From NCBI GenBank assembly GCA_027021705.1, contig JALUTT010000018.1, forward strand, positions 1-62,853: a DNA stretch of 62,853 nucleotides. Direction: 5' to 3'. Positions 36,744-45,945 of this stretch are shown piece by piece. Origin of the DNA: Anaerolineae bacterium (GTDB taxonomy: Bacteria > Chloroflexota > Anaerolineae > S140-20). The position numbers and the translations under genes are program-made. A model generated the notes under the pieces. It was given only the letters and a program-made list of their open reading frames with translations, made no database searches and was not told where the DNA came from. How positions within the stretch are numbered: the first letter of the stretch is position 1; the number at the start of each line of letters is the position of its first letter.

Positions 36744-38011
36744 ATCGCACACACCCAGGGCGACATCGTTTGCACCTGCTCGAACAGGGCCAGCAACTGA
36801 TCGGCGATGATGGGCCAGGCGTACCCTTCGGCCCAACACTGGGCTCGGTACCCCATCCGCTGGCGGAGCAATGGATCCTCCATCAGCCGCAGGATGGCCG
36901 CCGCCAGCGCCTCAGGATCCCTGTCGGGAACGCGGAAGCCCGTCGCCCCATCCCGAACCAGGTAGGCCAGCCCGCCCACGTCGGAGGCGATGACCGGGGT
37001 GCCACAGGCCATTGCCTCCAAGGCCACCATCCCGAAGGACTCGTAGTGGGAGGGGACCACGACCACCTCGGCGGCCGAGTAGTAGTATTGCAGCGTGTCC
37101 TGATCCTTGGCTCCCAAGAAAGTGACCAGATCGCCGATGCCCAACTCCTCCCGCAGCCGCTGCAGGCGGGCCATCTCGGCGTTCTCCCGCTGCCCCTCCG
37201 GGCTGGGGTCGCCGCCGATGATGGAGACGCAGGTGTCGCGGAGCCAGTCGGGGTGACGCCGGACCAACAGCGCCATCGCCCGCATCAGGGTGTCAATCCC
37301 CTTCAGCGGCTCGATGCGGCCCACGAAGAGGACCATCCGATGCTCTACCGGGATGCCGATGGTCTGTTTGGCGAGGGTTGGCTCGATGGGGTGGAAGCGG
37401 TTGAGGTCCACGCCCGGCGGGATGACGGCGATCCGGTCGGGATCGGCCCCGTAGAACTCGATGAGCTGGTCTTTCTCAACCGGCGTGGCTGCCACCAGCC
37501 GGTCGGCGAACTGGACGATCTCCGTCTCCACGGCGATGCGCAGGGGGGGCTCCCGCTCCTCAGGCCGGCGAGCGATGCGGTTCTTCAGGTGGCCCAACGT
37601 GTGGAACATCTGAACGATGGGGATGCCCCACCGCTCCCGCAGCGCCCGGGCCACCCAGCCGGAGAGCCAGTAGTGGCTGTGCAGGAGGTCGTAGCGGACC
37701 CCTTCGGCCTCGGCGAAGGCGATGACGCCCTCGACGAAGGCGGGCAGGTGGTCGAAGAGGTGGTACTTGTCGTAAGGGGCCTCGGGACCGGCCACTAGGT
37801 GGACCACCCGCCCTAGCGGCCCCAAACGGTGGCTCACCTTGGCGACCTGGGGGTTCTGGGAACGGGTGAAGACATCCACCGCGATCCCTCGCCGGACCAG
37901 CTCCCGGCTCAGGTCGCGCACGTAGACGTTCATCCCCCCCGTCTCCTTACCGCCTAGCGTCGCCAGGGGGCAGGTGTGGACGCTCAGCATCGCGATGCGC
38001 TGGATGGTCAT
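36740..38011 (-). CDS. mshA: MshA-like GT4 glycosyltransferase
   Basis: SVHTCPLA..GGMNVYV, HSHYWLSG, FHTLG, VGRIEPLKG, ESFGMVALEA. Confidence 0.75.
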   Translation of the reverse strand: MTIQRIAMLSVHTCPLATLGGKETGGMNVYVRDLSRELVRRGIAVDVFTRSQNPQVAKVSHRLGPLGRVVHLVAGPEAPYDKYHLFDHLPAFVEGVIAFAEAEGVRYDLLHSHYWLSGWVARALRERWGIPIVQMFHTLGHLKNRIARRPEEREPPLRIAVETEIVQFADRLVAATPVEKDQLIEFYGADPDRIAVIPPGVDLNRFHPIEPTLAKQTIGIPVEHRMVLFVGRIEPLKGIDTLMRAMALLVRRHPDWLRDTCVSIIGGDPSPEGQRENAEMARLQRLREELGIGDLVTFLGAKDQDTLQYYYSAAEVVVVPSHYESFGMVALEAMACGTPVIASDVGGLAYLVRDGATGFRVPDRDPEALAAAILRLMEDPLLRQRMGYRAQCWAEGYAWPIIADQLLALFEQVQTMSPWVCAI

Positions 38012-39027
38012 CGTGGCTCCTGGGAGGGGCGGTGGATGAGGAGGCGATGGACGGTGGTGTCCACGCCGCCCAGATCGTACTTGTACCCCTCGTTTCCACG
38101 CAGGAAGTCCACCGTTCGATAGCCCCGCTCGATGGCGTCTCGGATCAGGTGGGCCATCAGGACGATGCCGGGGCTGAGCCGGCCATAGGCAGGGTCGAAA
38201 CCGGAGTTGTAGACCAGGACCTGGCCTCCGTAGAGGAAGTTGAAGTAGGTGGCCACCGGCCTCTCCAAATCGGTCAGGAAGGCCAATTGCAGCCAACCGG
38301 CCTGATGGGTAGCCTGGGCGATGGCGTGGAAGAAGGCCTGATGGCGTTGGTCCAGGATGAACTCCGCCTTGTCTGGATGGCTCTTGCGCATTAACTCGAT
38401 GAACCGGTCCACCTCGGCGCTCAGGTCGTGCTCCGGCCCGACCTGGTACCACTCCAGTTCGGCGGCCCGGCGCAGCTTGCGCCGCAGTTCGTGGCGCTGC
38501 TTGCGGGGCAGTGCGGCCAGATAGGCCTCCCAGGTCGTGGGCAGGGAGAGCACCGGACAGACCTCCTCCAGTTCGATTTCCACGGTCAGCCCCCGGCGGC
38601 GGGCCAGGTCGGGCAGGACGGAGAGGGAGACGGACTCCTGGGGAACGTTGCAGAGGCAGAGACAGTCCCAGGAGGGCACGTCGGGGTGGGTCAGCAGCGC
38701 TTCCAACAGGGCCTCGTAGACCGGGGCCTCGTGACCGGTAGCCACGATCCATTCCAGGTAGTCGGAAACATCCACGCAGCCCACGGTCTTGAAGATTCGA
38801 TGGCCTTCCTCGGCGGTCAAGAAGAGAGGAGCGATGCCTAGGAGTTGACCGTCGGGAGCGCGGGCGCTCACCAGGCAGAGCTCCCCTTCGTGGAGGTGCA
38901 TCCACCAGGTCTTCTGCCAGGCGTGGGTCAGGAAGATGTAGTTGGCCCGGCTGGTCCGCACCAGCGGGTCCCACTCGTCGGCCAGAGCGTCGAATCCCTC
39001 AGCCGTTCGGTAGACGGTGATCTGCAT
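38008..39027 (-). CDS. GNAT family (CelD/BcsL-like) acetyltransferase
   Basis: FLTHAWQKTW, GIAPL, SDYL, YNSGFDP..LSPG, DFLRGNEGYK. Confidence 0.85.
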   Translation of the reverse strand: MQITVYRTAEGFDALADEWDPLVRTSRANYIFLTHAWQKTWWMHLHEGELCLVSARAPDGQLLGIAPLFLTAEEGHRIFKTVGCVDVSDYLEWIVATGHEAPVYEALLEALLTHPDVPSWDCLCLCNVPQESVSLSVLPDLARRRGLTVEIELEEVCPVLSLPTTWEAYLAALPRKQRHELRRKLRRAAELEWYQVGPEHDLSAEVDRFIELMRKSHPDKAEFILDQRHQAFFHAIAQATHQAGWLQLAFLTDLERPVATYFNFLYGGQVLVYNSGFDPAYGRLSPGIVLMAHLIRDAIERGYRTVDFLRGNEGYKYDLGGVDTTVHRLLIHRPSQEPR

Positions 39028-39033
39028 AGTTGG

Positions 39034-39093
39034 GTCCTCAGTCCTCGGTCCTCAGTCCTTGGTCCTCAGTCCTTGGTCCTTGGTCCTTGGTCC
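39034..39093. repeat. Heptamer tandem array (GTCCTYR) x8
   Basis: gtcctca/gtcctcg/gtccttg units immediately upstream of the GNAT start codon. Confidence 0.9.
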
Positions 39094-39198
39094 GGTGGAT
39101 CGGCTTTCGGGCGGTGTGCTGGTCTCCGCCCTGCCCGGCGGGCTCACCGCCTCGCAGGATTGTACTTCAGGATTCGGGGAGAGGCAAGTGGCTCTTGC

Positions 39199-39227
39199 TT
39201 GTCGCTCCTCTCCGATGGTTGTATAAT
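39199..39227 (+). promoter_or_regulatory. sigma70-type promoter of the tsaE operon
   Basis: TTGTCG-17 bp-TATAAT. Confidence 0.65.
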
Positions 39228-39299
39228 CTGCCTGGGGGAGGGGCGACACCGGTCGCCTCCCGTTTCTGACACACTGTCCTAACCATGGAAGAAGGACCT

Positions 39300-39803
39300 A
39301 TGTCCCCCATCCTTGATCCCCATAGTCTGGAATGTTTCAGCCACAGTCAGGAACAGACCCAGCGTCTGGGTGCCCGGCTGGGTGAGTTGCTCCGTCCGGG
39401 CGATCTCGTCTGCCTGGAGGGGGATCTGGGAGCCGGCAAGACTCAGTTCGCCCAGGGTGTGGGGCGGGGATGGGGGGTGTTGGAGACGCTGACCAGCCCG
39501 ACCTTCACGCTGATCAACGAGTATCAGCGGCCTCAGGACGGGGCTTGGCTCTACCACATTGATCTCTACCGGATCGCTTCTGCTGAGGAAGCGGTCGGTT
39601 TCGGCCTAGAGGACTACCTGGATGGCGAGGCGCTGATCCTGATGGAGTGGCCGGAGCGGGTGTTGCCGTTGCTCCCGGCGGAGCGGCTGTGGATTCAGAT
39701 CGAGATGATCAGCGGGACCAAGCGGCTGTTGCGGATGCAGGCCATCGGTGAGCGCTATCAGGCGCTGTTGCGGGCCTTTCGTGAACGGGCCTTCGGCGTG
39801 TGA
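39300..39803 (+). CDS. tsaE: tRNA threonylcarbamoyladenosine biosynthesis ATPase
   Basis: GDLGAGKT, SPTFTLINEY, HIDLYR, MEWP. Confidence 0.95.
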   Translation: MSPILDPHSLECFSHSQEQTQRLGARLGELLRPGDLVCLEGDLGAGKTQFAQGVGRGWGVLETLTSPTFTLINEYQRPQDGAWLYHIDLYRIASAEEAVGFGLEDYLDGEALILMEWPERVLPLLPAERLWIQIEMISGTKRLLRMQAIGERYQALLRAFRERAFGV

Positions 39804-39819
39804 GAAGGGGGGGGAGAGC

Positions 39820-40488
39820 GTGGAAGGATTGCTGCTGGCGGTGGATACCTCCACCCGATTGGCCGGGATCGCCCTCTACGACGGGGTGGCCGTGCGGGGG
39901 GAACTGACCTGGGAGTCGGCCCGCCACCATACGGTGGAACTGGCCCCTCGGACGGTGATGCTGCTCAGGAGTCTGGGGGCGGCTGCCGGCGATCTGACGG
40001 GATTGGCAGTGGCGCTGGGGCCGGGCTCCTTCACCGGCCTGCGCATCGGCCTGGCCCTCGTCAAGGGGCTGGCCCTGGCCCGGGGCATCCCGGTGGTAGG
40101 CATCCCCACGCTGGAGATCACCGCCTACGCCCAGCCCCATCGCAGCATGCCCCTCTACGCCGTCTTGCAGGCGGGACGGGGCCGCATCGCGGTGGGGCGC
40201 TACCGCTGGCGACGGGGAGCGTGGCGGGCTACCGGAGACCCCTTTTTGAGCACCTGGGAGAAGCTGATCGAGCAGGTGGAGGAGAAAGCTTTCTTCTCCG
40301 GCGAGCTGGACGCGGCGGGGGTGGCGCTGCTGCGGGAGCGGTTGGGAGGCGGGGCGGTGATCGCACCGCCGGCCAGCCGCCTGCGTCGGGCCGGCTACCT
40401 GGCCGAGTTGGCCTGGCAGCGCCTGGAGCGGGGAGAGCAGGACGACCCCACAACGCTGGTGCCCATCTACCTGCACGAACCGGTGTAA
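39820..40488 (+). CDS. tsaB: t6A biosynthesis protein TsaB
   Basis: LAVDTST, GPGSFTGLRIG, LVPIYL. Confidence 0.95.
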   Translation: MEGLLLAVDTSTRLAGIALYDGVAVRGELTWESARHHTVELAPRTVMLLRSLGAAAGDLTGLAVALGPGSFTGLRIGLALVKGLALARGIPVVGIPTLEITAYAQPHRSMPLYAVLQAGRGRIAVGRYRWRRGAWRATGDPFLSTWEKLIEQVEEKAFFSGELDAAGVALLRERLGGGAVIAPPASRLRRAGYLAELAWQRLERGEQDDPTTLVPIYLHEPV

Positions 40489-40557
40489 AACTGTTCACCC
40501 TCCCGCAGGTGCTGAAAGCGCCCTCGACTGGTGACCTGCGGGAGGGTAGGCTGATAG

Positions 40558-41223
40558 ATGCGAACCGGTGTAGAGGACGCGGTGGCGAGAAGGACCGTTC
40601 TGACGGAGATGGGACCTTTCATCGTCCAGCCGATGGTCTGGCAGGACGTTTCCGAGGTGATGGCCATCGAGCGCCTCTCCTTCCCCCTCCCCTGGCCCAA
40701 GCACGCCTATCGCTACGAACTGGAGGAGAACGACCTCTCCCACTACATCGTCGTGCGGGAGCGGGCGAGAGAGACAGCCCAGGAGAGGCCGGCGCGCTGG
40801 TGGCACCGCTTCTGGTCGCCCCGGCGGGCCGCTCCGGTGCTGGGCTATGGGGGCTTCTGGATGATGGCCGGCGAGGCCCACGTCAGTACCTTGGCCGTCC
40901 ATCCTGACTGGCGGGGACGTGGGCTGGGGGAGCTCCTGCTGCTGACGATGCTGAAGCAGGCAATCGCTATGGAAGCGGCCATCGCCACGCTGGAGGTGCG
41001 GGCCTCCAACCGGGTGGCTCAGGCCCTCTACCGGAAGTACGGCTTCCGCATGGCCGGCGTCCGTCCTCGCTACTACCGGGATAACAAAGAGGATGCCCTC
41101 ATTATGACGGTGGAAGCGTTGAGGACGCCGGCCTATCGGGCGCGCCTGGAGGCGCTGGAAGCGGCCCTGCGGGAGCAGCTGGCCCGGGCCGTGCCCTCTC
41201 CCGAGGCGATGGTTTCGGGGTGA
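40558..41223 (+). CDS. rimI: Ribosomal protein alanine N-acetyltransferase
   Basis: IERLSFPLPW, AVHPDWRGRGLG, LEVRASN, YYRDNKEDALIM. Start uncertain. Confidence 0.9.
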   Translation: MRTGVEDAVARRTVLTEMGPFIVQPMVWQDVSEVMAIERLSFPLPWPKHAYRYELEENDLSHYIVVRERARETAQERPARWWHRFWSPRRAAPVLGYGGFWMMAGEAHVSTLAVHPDWRGRGLGELLLLTMLKQAIAMEAAIATLEVRASNRVAQALYRKYGFRMAGVRPRYYRDNKEDALIMTVEALRTPAYRARLEALEAALREQLARAVPSPEAMVSG

Positions 41224-41226
41224 TGC

Positions 41227-42057
41227 TCAGGGCGTTCCCCGTCCCCGGTGCCGCACCACCAGGGCGATGGCCGCAACCACGGCCATCGTCAGCGAGATGA
41301 CCATCGCCACCGGCAGGCCCAGGCTGGGCACCAGCCAGGCGTCGGGCCGGAAGAAGTACTCGATGACGCTCCGTCCCAGGGGATACCAGATGGCATAGAG
41401 CAGGATGATGTCGCCGTCCTTGAGCCGATCGGCGTAGCGACGGCCCACCCCCATCAGGAAGAGGAAGCCCAGAAAGTTCCACACCGACTCGTACAGGAAG
41501 GTGGGGTGGAAACGGGTCGTCTCCACGGGATAGCGGCTCAGGTCGGCGTAGCGGGGCAACCGGTGCAGCGCGTCAATCTTGATCCCCCAGGGCAGCGTTG
41601 TCGGCGGGCCGTAGAGTTCCTGGTTGAAGTAGTTGCCCCACCGTCCGATGGCCTGAGCCAGGATCAGGCCCGGCGCGGCGATGTCCATCCAGCGCCAGGG
41701 GTTCAGGCGGTGGCGGCGGGCGTAGAAGAGCAGGCCGATGACGCCCCCGAGGACCGCGCCGTAGATGCCCAGCCCCCCCTGCCAGATCTTGACGATCTCC
41801 ACAGGGTTCGAGAGGTAGTAGCGCAGCCCCAGACCTCCCTCCTGGGGGCTGGAGACGACGTGGTAGAGGCGGGCGCCGATGATGCCCAGGATGAGGACGA
41901 GGATCAGCCCGTTCCAGACGTGGTCGGGGTCCTCGCCCCGCCGGCGGGCTTCGATGGAGGCGATGTAGCCGCCGAGCAGCGCGCCCACGGCGATGAGCAG
42001 TCCGTACCAGCGGATGGTGAAGGGGCCTGCCTGGAGAAGGATGCCGGTGTCGTTCAT
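41227..42057 (-). CDS. lgt: Prolipoprotein diacylglyceryl transferase
   Basis: RWYG, GARLYHV, GGLGIYG, GRWGNYFNQELYG, HPTFLYES. Confidence 0.95.
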   Translation of the reverse strand: MNDTGILLQAGPFTIRWYGLLIAVGALLGGYIASIEARRRGEDPDHVWNGLILVLILGIIGARLYHVVSSPQEGGLGLRYYLSNPVEIVKIWQGGLGIYGAVLGGVIGLLFYARRHRLNPWRWMDIAAPGLILAQAIGRWGNYFNQELYGPPTTLPWGIKIDALHRLPRYADLSRYPVETTRFHPTFLYESVWNFLGFLFLMGVGRRYADRLKDGDIILLYAIWYPLGRSVIEYFFRPDAWLVPSLGLPVAMVISLTMAVVAAIALVVRHRGRGTP

Positions 42058-42443
42058 CGGCTTCCCTCCTTGGAAGCCTTCCTGCCGAAGAGGGCCTGAA
42101 GGGTGCGGGCGATCCAGAAGACCGCCCAGAGGCCGGCGAAGATGCCCGCCAGGGCGATCCGCCCTTCGTCCAGCACCGGCTCCACCCGCACCCGGTCCGG
42201 GGTGACCTCGATGACGGCGATAGGCCGGGCGACGATGCCCCCTCCGCCGCTGGCACCTTCCGCTTCTGTCCCCTCCTCCCCCGTATCCGCTCCGCTTTTC
42301 CCGAATCCCAGGCCGAAGCCATACTTGACCTTGGCGACGGGGATCACCGTCCGCTCTCCGACCTGGACCGGCTTGCCGAAGACGGCGCTGACGTGGGCTG
42401 TCTGTTGGACTTCCTCGATGGTGTCAAAGAGTCGTTCGATCAT
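42054..42443 (-). CDS. GerW/YtfJ family protein
   Basis: VFGKPVQVGERTVIPVAKVKYGFG, GGGGIVARPIAVIEV. Confidence 0.8.
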   Translation of the reverse strand: MIERLFDTIEEVQQTAHVSAVFGKPVQVGERTVIPVAKVKYGFGLGFGKSGADTGEEGTEAEGASGGGGIVARPIAVIEVTPDRVRVEPVLDEGRIALAGIFAGLWAVFWIARTLQALFGRKASKEGSR

Positions 42444-42793
42444 AGGACCTCCTGATGGGTTGTTGCAGGGTGGGCCCTTGTTGTGGCCCGGATGATGAGC
42501 CAGAGCAGGGCGGCGAAGAGCAGGGCTCCCAGCCCGATGCTGAGCAGGGCGGTTTGGGTCTCGTCCCGGATGGGGAGGCGTTCCTCGCCCTCCGGCCCTT
42601 CGACGAGGACGGCGATGGGGGAGAGCCAGGCGACGGCCCAGCCCCAGCCGCTGATGTAGTCACTTCCCACCGTCCCCCGGCGCTGGCCCAGGGTGACCAC
42701 CCGCACCACGGGGGTGAGTCGGACCGGTCCGGCCTCGATGGGCCTGCCGGTCACTGTCGTGATACGCACCTTGGGCGTTCGGAGATTTGGCAT
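42440..42793 (-). CDS. Hypothetical YtfJ-like membrane protein
   Basis: GRPIEAGPVRLTPV..PIAVLV; C-terminal TM; 4 bp overlap with the downstream gene. Confidence 0.55.
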   Translation of the reverse strand: MPNLRTPKVRITTVTGRPIEAGPVRLTPVVRVVTLGQRRGTVGSDYISGWGWAVAWLSPIAVLVEGPEGEERLPIRDETQTALLSIGLGALLFAALLWLIIRATTRAHPATTHQEVL

Positions 42794-42803
42794 CCTTGCA
42801 CCT

Positions 42804-42979
42804 CGTTGCCTCATTGTCTCATTGCCTCGTTGCCTCATTGCCTCATCGCCTCGCTACCTCGTTACCTCATTGCCCCATTGCCTTATTGCCTCATCGCCCC
42901 ATCACCTCATCGCCTCATCGCCCCATCACCTCATCGCCTCACCGCCCCATCACCTCATCGCCTCGCCGCCTCGCCGCCT
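42804..42979. repeat. Octamer tandem array (CRTYRCCY) x22
   Basis: 22 in-register 8-mers of the same family as 31694-31853; overlaps the 3' end of cca. Confidence 0.9.
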
Positions 42980-45596
42980 CACCCTCCTCCCCCATCTCCT
43001 CCAACAGCCGCTCCAGCAGGGCCTCTTCCTCTTCAGGAGAGGTGACCTCCCCATCCAGCCAGGCATCCCGCAGCCGCTCCAGCAGCCGTCCTAACTGCGG
43101 TCCTGGCCGGAGCCCCCGGGCCAGCAGGTCGTGGCCGGTGAGGGTGGGGCGCACGTGGCGCAGCTTGTGGTAGAAGTGGGCGATCTGAGCACGGGCCGTC
43201 TCGTTCTCGGTGGCTGCCCATCCCACCAGCAGCACCCGGGCCCGGTAGGCGTGGAGCAGCCGGTAGAGCCGGCTGGGGCGCAAGGGCTGCGAGAGCGTGT
43301 CCATCTGGTCCCGCAGGTGGTGGACCCAGCGCACGTCGGTGGCGGTGCGGGCCTGGACCTTCAGCCGCTTCAGGAGCGTCTCCCGGGCCTCCCGGTTCAG
43401 CCGGTAGGCCAACAGGCCGAAGTAGGGGAAGATGAGGGAAGGGAGCTCGTCTTCCGGGGCCATACGCCAGGCCCCGCTGGCGAGCCCTTCGCGTAGTCGT
43501 GAGAAGGCGGCGCGGAGCCAGTCATCCACCGTCAGGTCGGGGTGGAGCTGGGCCAGCACGCCCAGCGACTCCAGCCGGGCCAGCACCCGCTCCGGCTCCC
43601 TCTCCTGGAGGATCAGCTCCAGTTCGTGGCGCACCCGGTCGCCGCTGACCCGCCGGAGCAGGGGAGCGGCCTCCCGGATCAGTTCCTCGGTGCGGGCCTC
43701 GATGCGAAACCCCAGCCGCTGCTCCAGCCGGGCGGCCCGCAGCATGCGCGTCGGATCGTCCACAAAGCTCAAGCTGTGGAGGACGCGGATGATCCCCTCG
43801 CGCAGGTCCTTCTCCCCGCCGTAGAAGTCCAGCAGTTCGCCGAAGCGGTCGGGGTTGAGGCAGATGGCCAGGGTGTTGATGGTGAAGTCCCGGCGGTGCA
43901 GGTCCAGCTTGATGGAACCCCGCTCCACCTGAGGCAGGGCGGTGGGGTGTTCGTAGAACTCGGTGCGGGCGGTGACGAAGTCTATGGCCTTGGGGATGCC
44001 CGGCTTTCCCTCCCATCGGCTTCCCGGCAGCAACCACTTGGCGGTGCCGAAGCGACGGTGGCTGCGCACCCGTCCTCCGTACTTCCGCCGCAGTCGGTGG
44101 GCCAGCCGGATCGCCTCTCCCTCGACGACCAGGTCTATGTCGGTGTTGGGGATGCCCAAGAGCAGGTCGCGCACCAGCCCGCCGACGAAGTAGAGGTTGT
44201 AGCCCATCTCGTCGGCCATCTGGCTGATGTGGCGGACCAGATCCAGGAGGGCAGGCGGGAGGGAGCGGCTGAGCAGGTCGGCGATCTCCTGCCGTCGGCT
44301 GACCACCGAGGGCATCCCCCACAGGTTGATCAGGTCGGTGCGGGTCACGATCCCCACCAGCCGGCCCTCGGCGACAACGGGCACCTGGCCCCAGCCGTAG
44401 GTTGTCATCACCTGCTGGAGGCGTTCGATGGAGTCGTCGGGGGAGACGTAGACCTCGCCCTTCTCCATCACCCGCTCGATGGGGATGCCGCTCAGGCCGT
44501 GGCGCAGCGCCCGGTCCACCGCTTGACGGGTCAGCAGGCCCACGATGCGTCCATTGTCCACCACCGGATACCCTTCGTGGCCTAGCCGCTGCATCCGCTC
44601 CGCCGCCTCCTGGACGGTCATCTGGGGGGAGAAGGTCTGGACGCCGTAGGACATAATCTGGCCGACGGTGATGGCCGGGCGGACGAAGCGAGGGAGCAAG
44701 CGGCGGAGTTCCGACCGCACCTCGTCCAGAGTTCGCTCGCGGATCAGGGCAGCGGCAGCGCGGGGATGTCCTCCGCCTCCGAAGTGGGTAGCGATCTGGG
44801 CGACGTCAATGGAGTCGGTGGTGCTGCGGGCGACCATCTGCACCCGGCGGTCCAGGGCCACCAACACGAAGAGGGCGGCCGGCTCGAAGAGATCGCGCAG
44901 CTTGTGGGCCAGGGTGGAGATCTCCTCGGTCAGTTCCGGGGCCTCGGCCCAGGCGATCATCACCGTCTGGCCGTCGAGGTCCAGCGTCTCCGTCTGCTCG
45001 ATCAGTTGCTCGTAGAGGGCGCGTTGGTCAGGGGCCAGGGGATGGTGCAGGTACTCGTTGACTACGGCCAGATTGGCCCCCTGCTCCAGCAGCCAGGCCG
45101 CCACCCGCAGGTCCCGGGGGGTCGTGGATTCGTAGGTGAGCTGACCGGTATCCTCGTAGATGCCCAGCAGCAGGAGGGTGGCCTCCAGGGGGGAGAGGGT
45201 GAGCCCTTGCTCGGCGATCTGCTCCACCAGGAGGGTGGTCGTCGCGCCGGTAGGCTCACCCGTGTAGGTCCAGCCGGCGGGGAGCTCGCGGCTCAGTTCG
45301 TGGTGGTCAATGATGTTGACCTGGATCTGGGGATCCATCTTTTTGAGGGTGGTTAGGCTCTGGGTGTCCACGAGGATTGCACCCGTGATCCGCCCCCGAG
45401 GCAGGTCATCGGGTGCAACGAAGGGAAGCGCACCACCGTAGAGAGCCAGGAAGGCCCGCCCGTTCCGGTTGATGCGGCGAGGGAGCACAGGGATCGCCCT
45501 GGGGTAGAGCTTCGAGGCGGCCAGCAGGGATGCCAGGGCGTCGAAGTCAGCGTTTTCGTGGGTTAGAATTACGGTGAGCTCGTTTCGTGGACTCAC
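42939..45596 (-). CDS. cca: tRNA nucleotidyltransferase (DHH-DHHA1-CBS-PolyA_pol; CCA- or A-adding)
   Basis: THENADFD, IDHH, GGGGH, CBS pair, VGGLVRD..DID, RRDFTIN, DDPTRMLR. Confidence 0.9.
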   Translation of the reverse strand: MSPRNELTVILTHENADFDALASLLAASKLYPRAIPVLPRRINRNGRAFLALYGGALPFVAPDDLPRGRITGAILVDTQSLTTLKKMDPQIQVNIIDHHELSRELPAGWTYTGEPTGATTTLLVEQIAEQGLTLSPLEATLLLLGIYEDTGQLTYESTTPRDLRVAAWLLEQGANLAVVNEYLHHPLAPDQRALYEQLIEQTETLDLDGQTVMIAWAEAPELTEEISTLAHKLRDLFEPAALFVLVALDRRVQMVARSTTDSIDVAQIATHFGGGGHPRAAAALIRERTLDEVRSELRRLLPRFVRPAITVGQIMSYGVQTFSPQMTVQEAAERMQRLGHEGYPVVDNGRIVGLLTRQAVDRALRHGLSGIPIERVMEKGEVYVSPDDSIERLQQVMTTYGWGQVPVVAEGRLVGIVTRTDLINLWGMPSVVSRRQEIADLLSRSLPPALLDLVRHISQMADEMGYNLYFVGGLVRDLLLGIPNTDIDLVVEGEAIRLAHRLRRKYGGRVRSHRRFGTAKWLLPGSRWEGKPGIPKAIDFVTARTEFYEHPTALPQVERGSIKLDLHRRDFTINTLAICLNPDRFGELLDFYGGEKDLREGIIRVLHSLSFVDDPTRMLRAARLEQRLGFRIEARTEELIREAAPLLRRVSGDRVRHELELILQEREPERVLARLESLGVLAQLHPDLTVDDWLRAAFSRLREGLASGAWRMAPEDELPSLIFPYFGLLAYRLNREARETLLKRLKVQARTATDVRWVHHLRDQMDTLSQPLRPSRLYRLLHAYRARVLLVGWAATENETARAQIAHFYHKLRHVRPTLTGHDLLARGLRPGPQLGRLLERLRDAWLDGEVTSPEEEEALLERLLEEMGEEGEAARRRGDEVMGR

Positions 45597-45683
45597 GAAG
45601 GTTGTCCTCTATTCTAACCAATTTTACCAATTTTTAACTTTTCTTTGACGTGAGTTTAAGGTTTTCGGTGTAGGATGTAGCTC

Positions 45684-45923
45684 AGAGAGAGGCCCTGGAT
45701 TGCGGTAAGCCCTGGTCATCGCACCCCCCCCATCCGCCAGGTCTCGCCCGCGCCAGACCGGGTAAGTCGCTCTCACACTGTGGCAACGTCGCAGCTTCAT
45801 CGGCCTGACATCCCAGCCCGTTGTAGCCCACATCGCCGTACGTTCACCCGCGTCACAGCCGCAACGTCGCCCTTATGCATCATCGGCCCCGGTTTCGGTA
45901 ACACCGCGCCGGGGCCTCTCTCT
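45684..45923 (+). ncRNA. Structured ~240 nt ncRNA candidate (6S RNA-like)
   Basis: 5' AGAGAGAGGCCCTGG pairs with 3' CCGGGGCCTCTCTCT; further helices; mismatches are G-U only on the + strand; TAGGAT 7 nt upstream. Confidence 0.55.
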
Positions 45924-45945
45924 TTCCCGTGTCCCCGCCCGGCTC

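Noticed and set aside
38012..38974. N-terminal extension of the 744 aa ORF suggesting a fusion to MshA
   Set aside because: Overlaps the real GNAT gene in another frame; MshA starts at 38011 with a GGAG RBS
39300..41223. Missing tsaD in tsaE-tsaB-rimI
   Set aside because: tsaD is frequently encoded elsewhere; ordinary
42054..42793. YtfJ/GerW as evidence of sporulation
   Set aside because: Family is widespread in non-sporulating prokaryotes
30335..42979. Tandem arrays as CRISPR
   Set aside because: 7-8 bp units with no unique spacers and no cas genes
45684..45923. RNase P RNA, SRP RNA or tmRNA
   Set aside because: Lacks GAGGAAAGTCC, the SRP GGAA-loop domain and tRNA-like ends
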